From the NCBI GenBank assembly GCA_918797485.1, contig CAKKNE010000005.1, positions 2,604,001 through 2,668,000 of the forward strand: a stretch of 64,000 nucleotides of DNA, read 5' to 3'. Source of the stretch: Pelagomonas calceolata (lineage: Eukaryota). Under the pieces are notes generated by a model. The model was not told the DNA's origin, made no database searches, and saw nothing but the letters and a program-made list of their open reading frames with translations. Within the stretch, counting starts at the first letter, position 1. Each line of letters begins with the position of its first letter. Both the position numbers and the translations under genes were made by a program. Shown in pieces: positions 60,781-64,000 of this stretch.

Positions 60781-61680
60781 ATGCGTTTCGCAACCCTCGC
60801 GGCGCTCGCAACCGCCTACCAAGCGCCGCCTCGCACATGTCCCGCCATCAAACGGCGCGCCCCGCCTCTGCGCGCAACCGCGGCAGCGGGAGACGTGCCA
60901 GCGACCGTCAGCACTCTGTGGCGCTACCCGATCAAGGGCTTCCCGCCGGACTCCCTGCCCCAAGTGACGCTAGTCGAGAACGGCACGTTCCCGCAGGATC
61001 GCCTCTGGGCCGTCGCGGACGCGGCTGACGACGGCGGCTTCGACGCGGCGGCGCCGCAGTGGGTCCACAAGCAGCACTTCTTCGGCGCCTTCCGGAGCCG
61101 GGACCGGCTGGCGTCGCTGAATACCTCGTTCGCCAATGGTCGATTGACGTTCTACGGCGCCGACGCCGTGACGGTGGACCCCTCTACTAAAAAGGGCCGT
61201 GGGACGATCGAGGACATCATCCGGCGCCGCGTCGGCGCGGCGACGAAGCTCGTGACGGGCGGCGAGGCGCATCAATTCGGGAACACGCGGTCGGGCGTGC
61301 GGCACCACGGCGACACGCGCACGGTCCACGTCGTCAACGCGGCGTCCGTGGCGGCGGTGCGGCGGGCGACGGGGCTGGACGTTGACGCGGCTGTTTTTCG
61401 GCCGAACGTTGTGTTGGAGGGCTTGGAGGCGTGGGTGGAGGAGGGCTGGGTGGGCAAAACTCTAGAGATCGGTGGCGTGCTGCTGGAGGTCATCGCGCGT
61501 ACCGTCAGATGCGACGCGATCAACTTTCATCCGACGACCGGCAAGCGATGGCCGGACAACCGGGACCTCGTCCAGGAGATCGCGGACAACTTCCCCGCCG
61601 TCGGGCCCTACCTCGGGGTTTACGCACGTGTCGCGCGAGGTGGGACGCTGGGGCGCGGGGGCGGCGTCGCAGTCATGTGA
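60781..61680 (+). CDS. MOSC-domain protein (mARC/YcbX-like) with N-terminal targeting peptide
   Basis: LWRYPIKG, DRLWAV, VHVVN.ASV, FRPNVVLEG...W.EE.WVG, RC, LGVYARV. Confidence 0.85.
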   Translation: MRFATLAALATAYQAPPRTCPAIKRRAPPLRATAAAGDVPATVSTLWRYPIKGFPPDSLPQVTLVENGTFPQDRLWAVADAADDGGFDAAAPQWVHKQHFFGAFRSRDRLASLNTSFANGRLTFYGADAVTVDPSTKKGRGTIEDIIRRRVGAATKLVTGGEAHQFGNTRSGVRHHGDTRTVHVVNAASVAAVRRATGLDVDAAVFRPNVVLEGLEAWVEEGWVGKTLEIGGVLLEVIARTVRCDAINFHPTTGKRWPDNRDLVQEIADNFPAVGPYLGVYARVARGGTLGRGGGVAVM

Positions 61681-61700
61681 TAAGATGAAACTACACAAAA

Positions 61701-63296
61701 CTAAAAATCTAACTTCAGTCGAGACATCCCTTCCAGTGCCTCCGCGGCGCCGAGCCGAGCGTCCGCCATGACATGGTTGATCGCGTAGTGGACTTCCATC
61801 ATGGGCGGCAGCGCGGCAGCGAATTCTTCGTTCCCAGGCCGCTCGGGATGGATATCGAAGAGCCCGGCTCCCAAAACCAGATTCAACAGCTCGATGCCCT
61901 TTGCGCGGACGTCTTTGAAGAATTCAGCAAGGAACACAGCCGCGTTCCGGTGGGCTTTGTCGGAGCCGGCGTGCGAGATTGACCGCGTCTGCCCTATCCC
62001 GAATTGACCCTCTAGCCATGTCTCGCCCCTTTTCGGGTCGGACGAGATTTCGTCGCAGTCGCCGTGCTTGTCGCAGCAACGACAACGGATCGACATGGCA
62101 ATGTCCCGCCCCTGGATGTCGTTGAGCGATATTGCGATCCACTGGCCGTCGCGAATAGGCACGAGCGACGCGACGACCGTGGCGACGCCAAAGCCGTCGA
62201 CGAGGCCGTCCGATGCCGGGGGCGGCTTCTCGGTCCAGAACGGCGACGCCTCGCCCCGCGCGAGTACCGTGTCGAACCGCTCCGCTTCCAGCCTATAGTA
62301 GGACGACACGGACATGAACTCGCACGTGAGGAGGCCGACGCATTCGCTCCCCGGGCCCTGGTTCTTCGCACTCAGGCGAAGGTTCGCGAGCAACGCCTTG
62401 AAGTACTCGGCCCTCTCCGCCGCCAGCTGCGGCATCACGCTCAGAGCCCGTCCCTCCGCGCTGTAGCGCTCACGGTCGGCCTCCTCGAAATGCGCCGCGA
62501 TGGTCTTGCTCGCGCGCCACTCCGCCTCCAGCGACTTGAGAGCGTACGTGTCGTCAAACTCCCGCGATTCGCGCGCCATCGAGAGGGAGAGACCCAGCGC
62601 GATGTCCGCGTAGTCCCTGCCCCCGACGCCCTCGACAGGCTGCGGCGGCGGTTTCCCGGTGAGCGCCGCCTCCGCGACCCGCCGGAGCAGAATCGACATG
62701 TTCACGGCCAGGATAGCGGTGACCCGGCGCGCGCGCCGCTCGAGCTCCGAATCGCCGTCGGCGGCCGCGCGGCGGAACGAGGCGATGCCCGCCCGCAGCC
62801 CCCAGTTGTAATCCCCGAGCGCGTCATTGTGGCGGCCCTCCTTGAGCCCCGCGTTGCCGCTGACCTTGGACGCCTCCGCGTCCTCGCAGATCGCCCGCGC
62901 GACGTCCGTCCTCAGGCTGCTGCGGTCTTCCCCCTGGAGGCGTTTTACCTTGGGGAGCTGGCCCGCTTCGATCATCTTCTTCCGCATGCCACATTCCTGC
63001 TTGTGACCGAAGTTGTGCCAGTCCGTCTTCTGGCACCGCTGCGAGCAGTAGCTCCGCGTGCGGCAGCGCCCGCACGCGCGATATTGGAACACGGCCTCGT
63101 TGGACCCGCAGACAATGCAGCCGACGTGATGCCGGAGCGCCTTCTGCACGAGGGCGTCGCCCTGCTTGTACTTGCGCTTGACCTCGAAGCCGCAGCTGTC
63201 CTCGAGCCACCCCACGCTGAGCTTGCCATCCGCCGTCGACGCTGTCGACGCTGTGGATTTGTTGGGCCGCCGATTGCGGCTCTTCTTCTTTGGCAT
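61701..63296 (-). CDS. MYND zinc-finger plus TPR-like protein
   Basis: CIVC...CGRC...YCSQRCQKTDW...HKQEC; KVSGNAGLKEG...AL..Y. Confidence 0.8.
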   Translation of the reverse strand: MPKKKSRNRRPNKSTASTASTADGKLSVGWLEDSCGFEVKRKYKQGDALVQKALRHHVGCIVCGSNEAVFQYRACGRCRTRSYCSQRCQKTDWHNFGHKQECGMRKKMIEAGQLPKVKRLQGEDRSSLRTDVARAICEDAEASKVSGNAGLKEGRHNDALGDYNWGLRAGIASFRRAAADGDSELERRARRVTAILAVNMSILLRRVAEAALTGKPPPQPVEGVGGRDYADIALGLSLSMARESREFDDTYALKSLEAEWRASKTIAAHFEEADRERYSAEGRALSVMPQLAAERAEYFKALLANLRLSAKNQGPGSECVGLLTCEFMSVSSYYRLEAERFDTVLARGEASPFWTEKPPPASDGLVDGFGVATVVASLVPIRDGQWIAISLNDIQGRDIAMSIRCRCCDKHGDCDEISSDPKRGETWLEGQFGIGQTRSISHAGSDKAHRNAAVFLAEFFKDVRAKGIELLNLVLGAGLFDIHPERPGNEEFAAALPPMMEVHYAINHVMADARLGAAEALEGMSRLKLDF

Positions 63297-63315
63297 GGCT
63301 GGAGATATGCTGCCC

Positions 63316-63363
63316 GGCTGCCCGTGCAATTAGTTAGGCTGCCCGTGCAATTAGTAGGCTGCC
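63316..63363. repeat. ~21-bp tandem duplication upstream of the MYND gene
   Basis: ggctgcccgtgcaattagtta / ggctgcccgtgcaattagta / ggctgcc. Confidence 0.8.
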
Positions 63364-63508
63364 GCCGTCGCCTCGATCCTCGCGCTCTCCGGCTAACTGG
63401 CGGGTATTCTGCGCGCGCGACGCGCTAAAATGACGCGCTAGGGCTCCGTGCTACTAAGAAGAGCGGGCGTGATGGATGGGCGGTAGAAGATAAACGAAAC
63501 AACGGTCT

Positions 63509-64000
63509 TTACTTCCTCGTCGAGACGGTATTCTCGGCGTAGGTGACGGAGCCCTCGGCGGGCGAGAAGTCGAAGAAGGCCTTGAAGAAGCCCTTGATCG
63601 GGTTCTGGGCGATGGCGAGCTTCAGGGCGGGCAGGCCGAGCTTGAGGTGCTTTTCCGCTTTGCGGTTCTTCTTGGTCTTGAGCGTCGTCTTCTCGTTCTG
63701 CGTCGCCGAGTTCTTTTTTTTGGGGAGCATGAAGAAGAAGCCCGTCTCCTCGCCGGGCGTGGGGAAGACGTTGCCGCCGAAGCCGCCGCCGAAGCCGCCG
63801 GGCGGGCCGCCGCCGCCTGCGCGACGCGAGAAGTGTGGTCTTTGAGCAGACGCCTCGAGGGCGTGGAGGGCGTCTGTCTCGAGCTCGGCGTCTCTCTCGA
63901 GTTCGGCCGGCGCGTCGCTGGCGTGGAGGCCGTGTGTGTCTCTCTCGGCTGGAGTTCTCGGCCAGCGCGCGGCCGTTTCGGCCGAACCGCGGACCAAGGC
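63509..64000 (-). CDS. 3' end of a hypothetical protein starting outside the window
   Basis: Open frame to the window edge, coding-like GC3, stop at 63509. Confidence 0.5.
   Translation of the reverse strand, partial: ALVRGSAETAARWPRTPAERDTHGLHASDAPAELERDAELETDALHALEASAQRPHFSRRAGGGGPPGGFGGGFGGNVFPTPGEETGFFFMLPKKKNSATQNEKTTLKTKKNRKAEKHLKLGLPALKLAIAQNPIKGFFKAFFDFSPAEGSVTYAENTVSTRK

Noticed and set aside
979..63428. Numerous long antisense or alternative-frame ORFs (e.g. 1479-2132, 15588-16799, 25862-26890, 62064-63428)
   Set aside because: Shadow ORFs expected in high-GC DNA; Arg/Ala/Pro-rich with no motifs and overlapping better-supported genes

Overview
GC-rich, very gene-dense, intron-poor eukaryotic DNA. 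Its style (signal/plastid-targeting N-termini, an introner-type intron, expanded ankyrin and TPR-like families) points to a pelagophyte stramenopile alga such as Pelagomonas or Aureococcus; this is an inference. About 35 genes lie mostly in alternating divergent/convergent pairs. Recognisable products include plastid SecA, Nup155, exportin-4-like, WDR83, EDRF1-like, CCDC57-like, CPP1-like, MOSC, an ABHD hydrolase, CCR4-like EEP, AhpD-like, a 2OG-Fe(II) oxygenase, RING, F-box, MYND and ankyrin proteins, and a probable NELF-A. Main observations: (1) a ~23-bp CTAG-bounded motif (CTAGTGTCTTACA-N-GACGCTAGC) recurs 15 times, seen only between genes, with one end usually ~180-220 bp from an ATG; (2) a 62-bp TIR element with an 8-bp TSD forms the intron of the NELF-A-like gene; (3) an internally deleted CRE-like non-LTR retroelement sits beside one motif copy; (4) several orphan gene fragments and frameshifted relics lie between intact genes. 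All protein calls come from motif recognition by eye, not database searches.
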